Shown piece after piece: positions 19,165 through 31,312 of a stretch of DNA of 64,000 nt. The stretch covers positions 29,814,876-29,878,875 of the forward strand of contig CM119264.1 in NCBI GenBank assembly GCA_051294375.1, in the 5' to 3' direction. Positions within the stretch are counted from its first letter, which is position 1, and each line of letters begins with the position of its first letter. Both the position numbers and the translations under genes were made by a program. The DNA comes from Paraspadella gotoi (lineage: Eukaryota > Animalia > Chaetognatha). The notes under the pieces are model-generated. The model made no database searches. It was not told the origin of the DNA and saw only the letters and a list, made by a program, of their open reading frames with translations.

Positions 19165-19785
19165 TAAGGCGTAGTGAAAGTTACATACGAAAATTTCTAA
19201 AAGTCAATTATGAACAACATACTATCAGTGAACATTAATTTGTAAAAAAAATTAATTTTATGTTTTTTTAATTTTCGCAGTAGGTTATATTTATATATAG
19301 TATATATCCTTATAAAATCGAAAAAATTTCAAAATAGGCTTTTCTTAATTTTGATTGCAGATTTGAATTCCTCGTCAAAAGTTGATAAAGAAAATATAAA
19401 TCATTTTTTTAAAATTCTTTCATTAAGTGGGTTAAAAATTTAAAAAAACAATATTTAATATATAAAAAGTTAATTTTCAGCTTAAAAATATAGCTTTTTC
19501 TAATTTTTGACCAACTTAATGAAGGAATTTTTAAAAAAAGAGTTATATTTCTTTTTGTCAACTTTTTATGACGAATCCAAATCTGCAAAAAAATCTTAGA
19601 AAAAACTGTTTTGAAATTTTAACATTTATTGGTTTAGTACTAGTATAAATATGGCCTACTGCCATAAATTGTAAAATTTATTATAAATTTTTTTATTATA
19701 TTAAATGTTCATTAATATAATATTGTTCGTTCCTCACTTTTAGAATTTTAATTAAAGTTAAATTTAGGAATTTTACTACGCCTTA
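19165..19785. mobile_element. Same MITE insertion in the duplicated block
   Basis: Same termini and flanks as 12860-13473. Confidence 0.8.
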
Positions 19786-19809
19786 TACCACCCCAACGTT
19801 TGGTTCCAG

Positions 19810-22537
19810 AAAAAGCGACCACCCGACGAAGTCCCAAAACCGACGCCGAGAGGCGATGCCACCTTTGACGATTCTATCGTCCTTTTCATCGTCGGTGGCC
19901 TGGATGTGGAAGGAACGCAGTGCGAGAGGCTTAAGGTGATGTCGTTGGACCCGGATGTGGGAATGGAACGCAGTAGCAAGAGGCTTAAGGTGATGTCGGT
20001 GTACCCGGACGTGGAAAGGGAACGCAGTGCAAGAGGCTTAAGGTGATGTTAGTGGACCCGGATGTGGGAAGGGAACGCAGTGCGAGAGGCTTAAGGTGAT
20101 GTCGGTGTACCCGGACGTGGAAAGGGAACGCAGTGCAAGAGGCTTAAGGTGATGTCAGGTGGATGCCGGATGTGGGAGGGGAATGCAGTGCGAGAGGGCT
20201 TAAGGTGAATGTCAGTGGACCCGTATGTGAGGGTAAGGGAGAGTGCTGAGTGCGAGAGGCTTGAGAGGTGATGTCGTGGACCCGATGTGGGAAGGGAATG
20301 CAGTGGCGAGAGGCTTAAGGTGATGTCAGTGGACCCGGATTGTGGAAGGGAACTGCAGTGCGAGAGGCTTAACGTGATGTCAGTGGACCTGGATGTGGGA
20401 AGGGAATGTAGTGCGAGAGGCTTAAGATGATGTCGGTGGACCCGGATGTGGGAATGGAACGCAGTGCGAGAGGCTTAAGGTAATGTCGGTGGACCCGGAT
20501 GTGGGAGGGGAATGCAGTGCGAGAGGCTTAAGGTGATGTCAGTGGACCCGGATGTGGGAAGGGAATGCAGTGCGAGAGGCTTAAGGTGATGTCAGTGGAC
20601 CTGGATGTGGGAAGGGAATGTAGTGCGAGAGGCTTAAGATGATGTCGGTGGACCCGGATGTGGGAATGGAACGCAGTGCGAGAGGCTTAAGGTGATGTCG
20701 GTGTACCCGGATGTGAGTTGATGTCGCTTGATAAGGTTGCTGGATGATGATGTTGATTACAATGATGACGATGATGATGACGACGATGATGGTGACGACG
20801 ACGATAATGATGATGGTGACGATGATGATGATGATATAATGATGATGGTGACGATGATGATGATGATAATGTTGACGCTTGATAGCACAAGAAGGTTGAA
20901 AGGGAATAATTGGCTTAGAATTAGATGGCTAAAAACGAGTTGATTAGGTCTGACAACGAATTAAAATATGGAATTGAAAGAATTGGATAGAATCATAACA
21001 AAAGAGAGAACGAGTTACACCCTCCTCCGCTCCCCTCTCAACGATTTCAGTCCGAGTTCAAACTGACTCACATTTCCTCGGGCGATCTCCTACGAGACGA
21101 AGTCGCTTCCGGGTCGGAACTCGGCGAACGTCTCAAGAAGACCATGGAAAAGGGAGAACTCGTCTCCATGGAACGGTGAGTTTCCATAGCGATCGGGGGT
21201 TGTTTGTTGTCCTTTTGTTCTTCTTGTTTTTGAAAGAAAACTCGCAACCCAAAGAAAATGGATCGAACATCATCTGTATATAAAGTGGCGCGAATTTTGG
21301 ACACATGACTCTTTGATCAAATCTTTCTCTTTCCCCCCCCCTCGGACTCACGCAGGTCCTGGAAATGATAAAGAACCGCATGACTCTGGCCGTTGAAGAG
21401 GAAGGGGCCAAAGGTTTTCTTATCGACGGATATCCGAGGGAAAGAAGAACAAGGGATTCTCTTCGAGTCGATGATTCGTCCCTGCCACCGCCACCATCTA
21501 CTTTAACGCTATGGACGCACACGATGCTGACGAGGGTTGAGGGCTTTGATTGATTGATTTGATTGAATTGATTTGATCGGTTTATTTAATTGACGATTGG
21601 TTGATTGATTGAAAAGATTGATTGACTTTATTCATTAGATTGATCAGATTGTTTTAAATTGTTTATTTATTCATTCATACATATTTATTTTTCATTTATT
21701 TAATTATTTATTTGATTCATTTGACTCATTGATTGATTCGGTATGTTATTTTTTTGGCCTTCTGAGTTTAATCTCATGTGGTTTTTTTTACTCTATTTAA
21801 CTATAATCATCATCACCATCATCATCACCATCAGAATGCGCAAGCGCGCTATGACGAGCGGACGCGCCGACGACAACGAAGTCACGATGCGAGAAAGACT
21901 GAAGACTTTTCACAAACACTCGGAACCGGTCATTAATTATTTCAAGGCGAGAATTTCTCAATTGTTTAGGCCGGAAACGAGCAGCTAATATATTTTTATA
22001 CAACACAATCGTTATTTGAAATATAAAATTTTCGTTGCAATCAAACGTCAATCAAATTCAGTCAAGATGATTGCTATTAATCTCCAATAGACGGCCAAGA
22101 AGCTAATCGAGGTGGACGCCGAAGCTGGGACAGAAATCGTTTACCACAGGACGATAGAGGGACTGAAGAAGATGTTTCTCAAACAGGTCATCTCTCTCTC
22201 TCTCTCCCTCCCTCTCTCCCTCCCTCTCCCTCCCACTCACCCTCCATCAACACCCCTCTCTTCTCTCCCATCTCCCCCTTCAGACCGCGGTGCTCTTCAT
22301 CATCGGAGGCCCCGGTTGCGGCAAAGGGACTCAATGCGACCGACTCAAGGAGACCTTCAGACTCACCCACATCTCGTCCGGCGACCTGCTGCGGGAGGAA
22401 GTGCAGTCGGGATCCAAGAAGGGGATGACCCTCAAGAAGATGATGGATCGGGGGGAGTTGGTTCCCATGGCGACCGTGTTGTCAATGATTCAGAACAAGA
22501 TGATCAGGCAAGAGAGATGGAGGGTTTGTGTCGGTTC

Positions 22538-22569
<32 letters not shown>

Positions 22570-23004
22570 GCCAACTAATTAATTAAACGAATCTATCAAC
22601 GGGTGAATCAGTCTATCAATTGGTCTAATTAGTCATTCTAGTAATCTATGAATCTATATCATCTATCAATCAAATATTGAATCAATAAATCAATCAATCA
22701 ATCAATCTTCAGCGAAGCCATGCGCGGCACACCCGGTTTCCTCCTCGACGGATATCCTCGTGAAGAGGCGCAGGCGTCGGCCTTCGAGACGGACGTCAGA
22801 CCGGGTTGCTGCAGCATCTACTTCAAAATCGACGACGAGACGATGCTGCAGAGGATGCGGCATCGGGCGTTGACGAGCGGACGGTCGGACGACAACGAGG
22901 ATACGATGCAGGAGAGACTGAAGACGTTCCACGCTCACTCGGAACCCGTCGTCAAGTACTTTAAGGAGAACAAGAAGTTGATACAGGTAGAGGGGAGGGA
23001 GGGA

Positions 23005-23060
<56 letters not shown>

Positions 23061-24588
23061 ACCAGGCAGACTGAGTGAAATTTTCTTAACCTGCTTCGTT
23101 CATACAAAAACTTATTGCCCCCTCACCTCTTTTTCCCAACCTCTCCCCCCCCCATCCCCTCCCCTCCCCCACCCGAAGATCTACGCCGGCGAGACGATCG
23201 ATACCATCTTCCATCAAACGATCGATGGAATGACGAGACTTCTACTTCGCGATTCCATCGTCATATTTATCGTTGGTGGACCCGGATGTGGGAAAGGGAC
23301 GCAGTGCGAGAGACTCTCTGCTAAATACAAGTGGGTGCACCCGGATGTGGGAAAGGGAAGCAGTGTGAGAGACTCTCCGCTCAATACAAGTGAGTAGACT
23401 CGGATGTGGGAAAAGGATGCAGTGCGAGAGACTCTTCGCTAAATACAAGTGGGTGGACCCGGATGTGGGAAAGGGTCGCAGTGCAAGAGACTCTCCGCTA
23501 AATACAAGTGGTTGGACCCGGATGTGGGAAAGGGGGTCCGCAGTGCGAGAGACTTTCTGCTAAATACAAGTGGGGTGGACCCGGATGTGGGAAAGGGTCG
23601 CAGTGCGAGAGACTTCCGCTAAAACTACAAGTGGTTGACCCGGATGTGGGAAAAGGGTCGCAGTGCGGAGACTTTCCACTAAATACAAGTGGTTTGGACC
23701 GATGTGGGAAAGGGTCCAGTGCAAGAGACTCTCCGCTAAAATACAAGTGGTTGGACCCGGATGTGGGAAAGGGTGCGCAGTGCGAGGATTTTCCGCTAAT
23801 ACAAGTGGTTGGACCCCGGCATGTGGGAAAGGGTCACAGTGCAGAAAACTCTCCGTAAATACAAAGTGGTTGGACCCCGGATGTGGGAAAGGGGTGCAGT
23901 GTGAGAGACCTCTCCGCTCAATACATGAGTAGACTCGATGTGTGGAAAAGGATGCATGCGAGAGACTCTTCGCTAATACAATGGGTGGAACCGGATGTGG
24001 GAAAGGGTCGCAGTGCAGAGACTCTCCGCTAAATACAAGTGGGTGGACCCGGATGTGGGAATGGTCGCAGTGCGAGAGACCTTCCGCTAAATACAAGTTG
24101 GTTCGTCAGGATTTTTTTGGCATCTTGCTACAATTTGACGCCAATCTTGCCGTTTTTCTTCCATTGCCAACCATCTCCGTCTCTATATCGTGCCGTTCAT
24201 CTTTTCCCCAACTTCGCCCATCTTCTGTTACTTTTTATCATTTTTTTGTAAACATACTTAAGTTTATGACAATTTTTAGGTCATTATTATGTCATGCTTC
24301 TGCGATCTTTCTTCATCATTGTCATCTTCTGCCATCTTTTTGTCATCTTTTTGCCATCACCTTCTATTTCGTGTTATGTATCTTGATATCTTTTATATGT
24401 CTTGATATAATATCTTGATATCTATATGCCAGCCTGACCCACATCTCTTCTGGCGACCTCTTGCGAGACGAAGTCGCATCTCTGGTTCCGCGTTGGGACA
24501 GCAATTGCAAGAGATGATGACCAGGGGAGAGCTGGTGCGATTGCCACCGTTTTGAGGCTCATTCCAGTGGTGAGAATGGAAAAAAGGA

Positions 24589-24624
<36 letters not shown>

Positions 24625-27363
24625 AAAAAGGAAATGACAGAAGGAATTAAACGACAGCAATTTAAAAAAAAAGAACCAAAAAAAGTAAAAGAAAACAGAA
24701 AAAGAAAGATAAAATTAAAAAAAATAGAAAGAACAATTTTGCACTACAAAAAAATACAACATCAAATCAAATAACCCAGTCAATCCTAAATCTCAAACTG
24801 AATATAAACAGCGCAATGCTCCGCTCTGATCTCCGCGGCGGGCGCGAGATTTCTCAATCGACGTTATCCCCGCGAGGAGGCGTCAAGGGGTAATGTTCGA
24901 GACGGCGCCGTGAAGGCCCGGCACTGCTGCAATCTACTTCGATGCATCTGAAGAGAAGATTGCTGATGAGGAGCGGCATCGAGCGTTGACGAGCGGAAGA
25001 AGCGGGACGACAATGAAGATACGAGAAATTGAGCTAAAGAAGTGAGAGAGAGAGAGAGAGAGAGAGACGAGAGAGAGAGAGAGAGAGAGAGATCCCTTTT
25101 TTCCAGCTACCGTCCGCCACGCAGAAGCTGAGAGAGAGAGAGAGAGAAGAGACACTCCCCTTTCTTTCCCAGCTACTGGCCGCACCGCGGAAGCCCGAGA
25201 GAGAGAGAGAGCAGAGAGAGAGACATCCCCTTTTTTTTCCAGCTACCCGCCGGGCACGCAGCGGAAGCGAGAGAAAGAGAGAGAGAGAGAGAGAGAGACA
25301 TCCCCTTTTTCTTTCCAGCTACCGCCGTCACGGGAGCCGAGGAGAGAAGAGAGAGAGAGAGAGACATCCCCTTTTTTCAGCTACGCCGTCCACGCGGAAG
25401 CTGAGAGAAGAGAGAGAGAGACGAGAGAAGGGAGAGAACATCCCTTTTTTTCCATGCTCACCGCCGCCAACGCGAAGCCTCCGTCGACTATTTTCGCGAC
25501 TCAAAAAAGTTGAATTCAAATTTCGGCTGAAGAGACGACGAACATTGTTTTTTACGAAACTTGTTTGGAATTGAGAGCGAGAGGAATCTTTCTGGGTTGG
25601 GCAAGAGGGTAATTATTAGAAAGGTAAAGAGGTAAGGGGTCGAGTGAGAGGCAGTTGTGGGTGAGTTCACTGATTGGATCGTGAGCGACCTTAAGGCAAA
25701 AGGTTCGTTTCTCAATAGATAAATAGAGGTAAGTTAGGAGGAAACAGAGGTCCCGGTCTCACATGACAAGAATAAAGGTAAGTGAGCTCAACGGCTCAGT
25801 GAGTGAAACTCACCTCGGAGTTTAAAGAAGATAAGTCTGTGCGGTCGTGTGCGTCTGCTTTTCAGTATCAGTTTATTTTTTGTTATCCTTCGAGCAGTCT
25901 TGAACAACTTCTCACTAAAGGACGTGGAGCGGAGGTCGAGCGATGTCAATGTTTTTTTTTTTTATCCTTCAAGAAAGAGGGGATATCTCCCTTTTTTTCC
26001 ATAATTTTGCCTTGATCTTTTACCAACTCTTCTCGTAACCTCCTACTATCAGCTTTCCCACATTTCTCACACCGCCTTCCACGACATGCCTGCCATCCCG
26101 GACCTACATCATCCCAGCCCTCAGGGACATCGCCGACTGGATCTACACTCCGCCGCCCAACGTCCGCCCCGTGCAGAGTCGTGCTGCTGCGCCGTGCGGA
26201 CGGCGTCGGAGTGCTGCGCTTGCTGCGCGTGCTGAGACCGCCGCATCCGACGATCGTGACCGTGGCTGGCGTCGAGCGGAAGTCAGAGGAACAGGGTCGT
26301 CGAGAATCTCGCCAAGCAGTTTGGTGAGTGATTGCTTGATGTTGCTTGGTTTTAAATAGTATTTTAGAAATGCTAGAAAAAAAGTATTATTTTATAATAT
26401 TGAGNNNNNNNNNNNNNNNNNNNNNNNNNATAGATAAATAGAAGGTAAGTTAGGAGGGAAACAGAGGTCGAGGTCTCACATAACAAGAATAAAGGTAAGT
26501 TGACTCAACGGCTCAGTGAGTGAAACTTACCTCGGAGTTTAAGTCTGTGCGTCGGTGCGTCTGCTTTTCACATCAGTTGATTTTTGTTTATCGTTCACAA
26601 TTTGACACTTCATCACTATGGCAACAAAGATCGTTTGGACTTATGGACAAATGTGCTCAAACATCAGCTTCCCCCCATTTCTCAACACCGCCTCCAACAG
26701 ACATGCCTGCCATCCCGACCTACATCATCCCCAGCCTCGGAGACATCGCCGACTGGATCTACACTCCGCCGCCCAAACGTCCGCCCGTGCCAGAGTCGTG
26801 CTGCTGCGCCGTGCGGACGGCGTCGGAGGCTGCGCTGCTGCGCGTGCTGAAGCCGCCGCATCCGACGATCGTGACCGTGCTGGCGTCGAGCGGAAGTCAG
26901 AGGAACAGGGTCGTCGAGAATCTCGCCAAGCAGTTTGGTGAGTGATTGCTTGATGTTGCTTGGTTTTAAAATAGTATTTTAGAAATGCTACGAAAAAAAG
27001 TATTATTTTATAATATTGCTAAAAAGAAATAACGATTTTTCATATTGTTTTTAAAATTTTGTGAATACAAAGGGTTTCGGTTTGGATCACTCTATCCTCT
27101 TTATTGCTCCACTCTCCCCCATTCTAAAGGAAAGTTTAAAATCAGAATTAAGTTTGTTTTAGGTATAAAAATTGATTAGCTTAAAATTAGAATTAATTTT
27201 GTTTTTAGGTATAAAAATTTATTAGGGATTAGGATTTGAGATTAGAGATTAAGGATTAGGGTTAAAGATTAGAGATTAAGGATTAGTCTTTAAGATTGGA
27301 GATTAGGGATTAGGGTTTAAGATTAGGGAATAGAGGCTAGGTTGTGGAGAGGGGAAGAGAGAG

Positions 27364-27444
<81 letters not shown>

Positions 27445-27545
27445 GGGAGGAAGAGAGAATAGAAAATGTGGGAGAAGATTTTAAAAAAAGAGATGTAACA
27501 AGAAAAAATAAACAAGGAAATTTTTTTTCGGTTCATTCTTTTTGA

Positions 27546-27613
<68 letters not shown>

Positions 27614-28287
27614 TTCTCTTCTCACTCCTCTTTTCAGCCGTCAATTTCATTCATTCCTCTTTTTCTTCTTTTTTTTTTTTAAATTGACTTTTTTTTCTTT
27701 TCTTTAATTTTCATATTTTTTTCTTTCCTCCTTTTTTCTTTCTTTCCTCCTTTTTTCTCTTTCCTCGTTTCCTTCATTTTTCGCTTCGACTCGTTTCTTT
27801 TAATTCGTCCTTCGTTTAATTTTCAAAAAGAGATTTTACGAAACTCTCTCCCTCTCTCTCTCTAACTCTCTCTCTCCCTCTTCCACTCCAGAGAAGCCTT
27901 CTTCCGCCCCCTCGACTCCTTTTATTCGACACCGCCCGCCTCATGGAGGAGAGCGCAGTCATCTCTTATCTCGTGATGCCCAGAGATAAATTGTATCGAC
28001 GCTACGTGGCTGAGCACGTGCCCTTTGCTGGAGCGACGCATGGAAGCGCTGTGGCGATGTCAGTGACGACGCCCAACTGGAAGCAAAGTCTGGACGGAAT
28101 ACGTGAGGATCAAATTGTCGAAACGGGTTGAGGAAGTTCAGACGATCGCCAATCGGGACGTGGTGAGAGAGAGAGAGAGAGAGATGAGAGAGAGGAGAGA
28201 GAGAGAGAGAGAGAGAGAAGACGGAGAGAGAGGGGAAGGGAGAGAGAAGAGAGAGAGAAGAGAGAGAAGAGAAAGAGAGAGAGAGAG

Positions 28288-28332
<45 letters not shown>

Positions 28333-28408
28333 GAGAGAGGGAGAGAGAGAGAGAGAGAGAAGAGAGAGAGAAGAGAGAGAGGAGAGAGAGAATGAGAATG
28401 AGAGAGAG

Positions 28409-28444
<36 letters not shown>

Positions 28445-28841
28445 TGTTTGTTTCTAAAAAATTTATTAAATCTTTTAAAGTTGTTGTTATTAAAGTATGG
28501 TTTATTTTTTTGTTCGAACGAAATGTCGCAAATGATTTTTTAAGTTTCTTGCCCTCGGTGTCACGAATTCACTCTCACACTCACACGTCTCCCCTCCCCC
28601 CACCGACCGCCCCCCCCCTNNNNNNNNNNNNNNNNNNNNNNNNNNNNNNNNNNNNNNNNNNNNNNNNNNNNNNNNNNNNNNNCTCACACTTCAGCTCTCG
28701 GCGGAAGTTGAGAAACATCTGAGCAAATCTTTCCTTCGCGATTTGAAGATAATCGTTGTCGTCGGCGGACCAGGAAGTGGAAAGCATGAACTCTGCAAGA
28801 GGATCGTCGACATGTACAAGTTTAAAGTTGGTCCAGTTCTT

Positions 28842-28935
<94 letters not shown>

Positions 28936-31267
28936 TCCATTTTCAACTCCAGACCGTCAGCTTAAACAAACTTCTCGATTGGGAAATCAAGTCGAAAACT
29001 CTGATCGGAAAGGCGCTAAGAAAAGAGGTGATGATATTATCACTGTCGTTAGCATCATTATCATAAAAATTGACATCGTAATGTTTTAAATTGAATATTC
29101 ATTTAATGATTTTGCGATAAAGAACCTACGAAAAGTAGAGCGGTAATAAATTAGTTCAATTAATATAAAAATTATACATTCATTTAATAAATTAGCTATC
29201 CGGTCTACTAACTTTAAGGCCTCCACCTCTGATACAAGATAATTACCCAGCAGGACCTTGCAAGCTTTCGATCAAGACTAATATGTGTCAACTTAACAAT
29301 TCCCCCCTCCCCTTAAACCAGCTGGGCATGACCGATTCCGATACGGACCTCCCGCACGCCGCTCGCTCCCTCACATTCCCCCGCGTGGAACCGTTGCTAA
29401 GGAACGCGTTGGTGAGGGGCGTCGTCTCCGGTCATCGAGGATTCCTCGTCGTCGGCGGATTCCCGCGTAACGAGACGGACGCCATTTTGTTCGATACGAA
29501 AATAGCGACGACGACGACGTGCGTCAACCTGGAGGCGTCGGACAAGGTCATGCTGGAGCGATCCATGAAGAGCGGAGAGAAGACTGGTGAGTTCGCGTGG
29601 TAAGTAAATTAAGCTATGAGAAAAAGACTAGTACAGATGAAGAATATCGACTAAGTAACAAAAATTTAGAACGTTTAATCTAATGAGGAAAGGTAATTAA
29701 GAAGTGATGGCGAAGATTTTAAATTGATCATATTTGTGACCGATCGTGTAATTATAATGAGAGTGGAGAGTCAATTAATAATATTTAATTATTCAATTAG
29801 TTTTTGTAATTGGAAGAAGTATTGTTTCTTGAGGTTGAATGTTGAGGAAAATGCCTCGAGTTTTCTTCGCGATCCCGACCCTCTGTCCCTCCGTCAATCT
29901 CTCGGTCATTTGCAATTTGTGTGAGGTTTGAGTCAAACTTGTGGTTCGTCCGTGCGATGAATCACAAAGAGGGCGACCAATCGCATCACAAGGTCAACCA
30001 AGTCCGTCAATCGATCCATTCCGTTGAAGATAATATTCTCCGATTGACCTCCAAACTCCCAATTCCACCTTCTAAGAATCGGAGATCTTCAAATCCATCG
30101 CCGCCTACCGAGCGTCTTTCGCCGGCGTCGTCGATTACTTCCGGCGCGAACGACGCCTCACGACGCTCGACGGCGATCCAGCTGCGGAGGTCGTCTTCGC
30201 CAGCGCGGTGGAGGAGCTGCAGAGCCGCAAGATCTTCATTCCCAAATCAGTCGCTGCGGAGTTAAGGACGAAGATAATGGAGGAAGAGAAGGCGTTGCTG
30301 GAGGTGGGGGTTGATGTTGTTGATGGGGTAGGGGAAGGCGTTGTTGTTGTTGTTGCTTTTGTCTTTATATTCTTTATCTTGTTTAATAGATAACAACATC
30401 TGGCGCAGTGGCCAAGCGGTAAGGCGTCGGTCTCGTAAACCGAAGATCGTGGGTTCGATCCCCGCCTGCGCCTATCAATATTTTGGGAATTTCTCTTTGA
30501 AAGGATGAAATAGTTATTTGGGTTTAAAATCTCATTCACTTTTGAAAATTTATTTTTGTGATTTTGTTTTTATTTTATTGATGAATTAATGAATTAATTT
30601 GAGTTTTTATATGGAATTGTCATATGATTGAAAATCTCTTTTAACATTCGTCTTATCATTTAAGCACAGAATCTTTAAATTGTTTTTGTATTTATTTCTC
30701 GCATCGATTTCCGCCAGAATCTGGCCATCGTCTTCATGGTTGGCGGACCCTTCACGGACAAAACGGCTCATTGCGAGAGACTCATGGAGGCTTACAACCT
30801 GGCGCACCTGACCACGACGCAGCTCGTCAAACAGGTGCGGCTCATAAACAGATCCCGCCCTCCGGAAGAGGCTCGTCCACGATCTCCTTTTTTTTTATCT
30901 CAGGAGGCGAATTCTGGATCTGAATTGGGACGAGAGTTGGCGAAGATGTTGGCCGTGGATTATGAGCCCGAAATGGAGGATCAGTTGAAGGTGATTGATT
31001 GGTTGATGGGCGGGGGTGTGGTATTTGATGAGATGATTGATTGGTTGATGGGCGGGGGTGTGGTATTTGATGAGATGATTGATTGGCATCGATTTTTTGA
31101 TTGCTGCTCTAGTTTTTACTTCAATTATCATTAACTTTAGTTTATTATTTTATCATTAATATAATTAGTTATTTTATTCTTTAGGTGGTGAGAAAGGCGA
31201 TCTTAAAGTTGGCAAAGATGGGAGTGAGCGGAGTTGTCCTTGACGCCTTCCCTGAAGAGTTGCAACA

Positions 31268-31312
<45 letters not shown>

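Larger units (their letters stand above)
8990..21598 (+). other. About 6.3-kb tandem duplication (8990-15257 vs 15283-21598) around a 25-N gap
   Basis: Near-identical copies, including introns and the MITE, differing mostly by indels. Confidence 0.9.

Noticed and set aside
8990-21598. True tandem gene duplication of the HAD-like gene and AK 5' end
   Set aside because: The copies differ by indel-type noise and meet at a 25-N gap; an artefact is more likely, though an allelic haplotype cannot be excluded.
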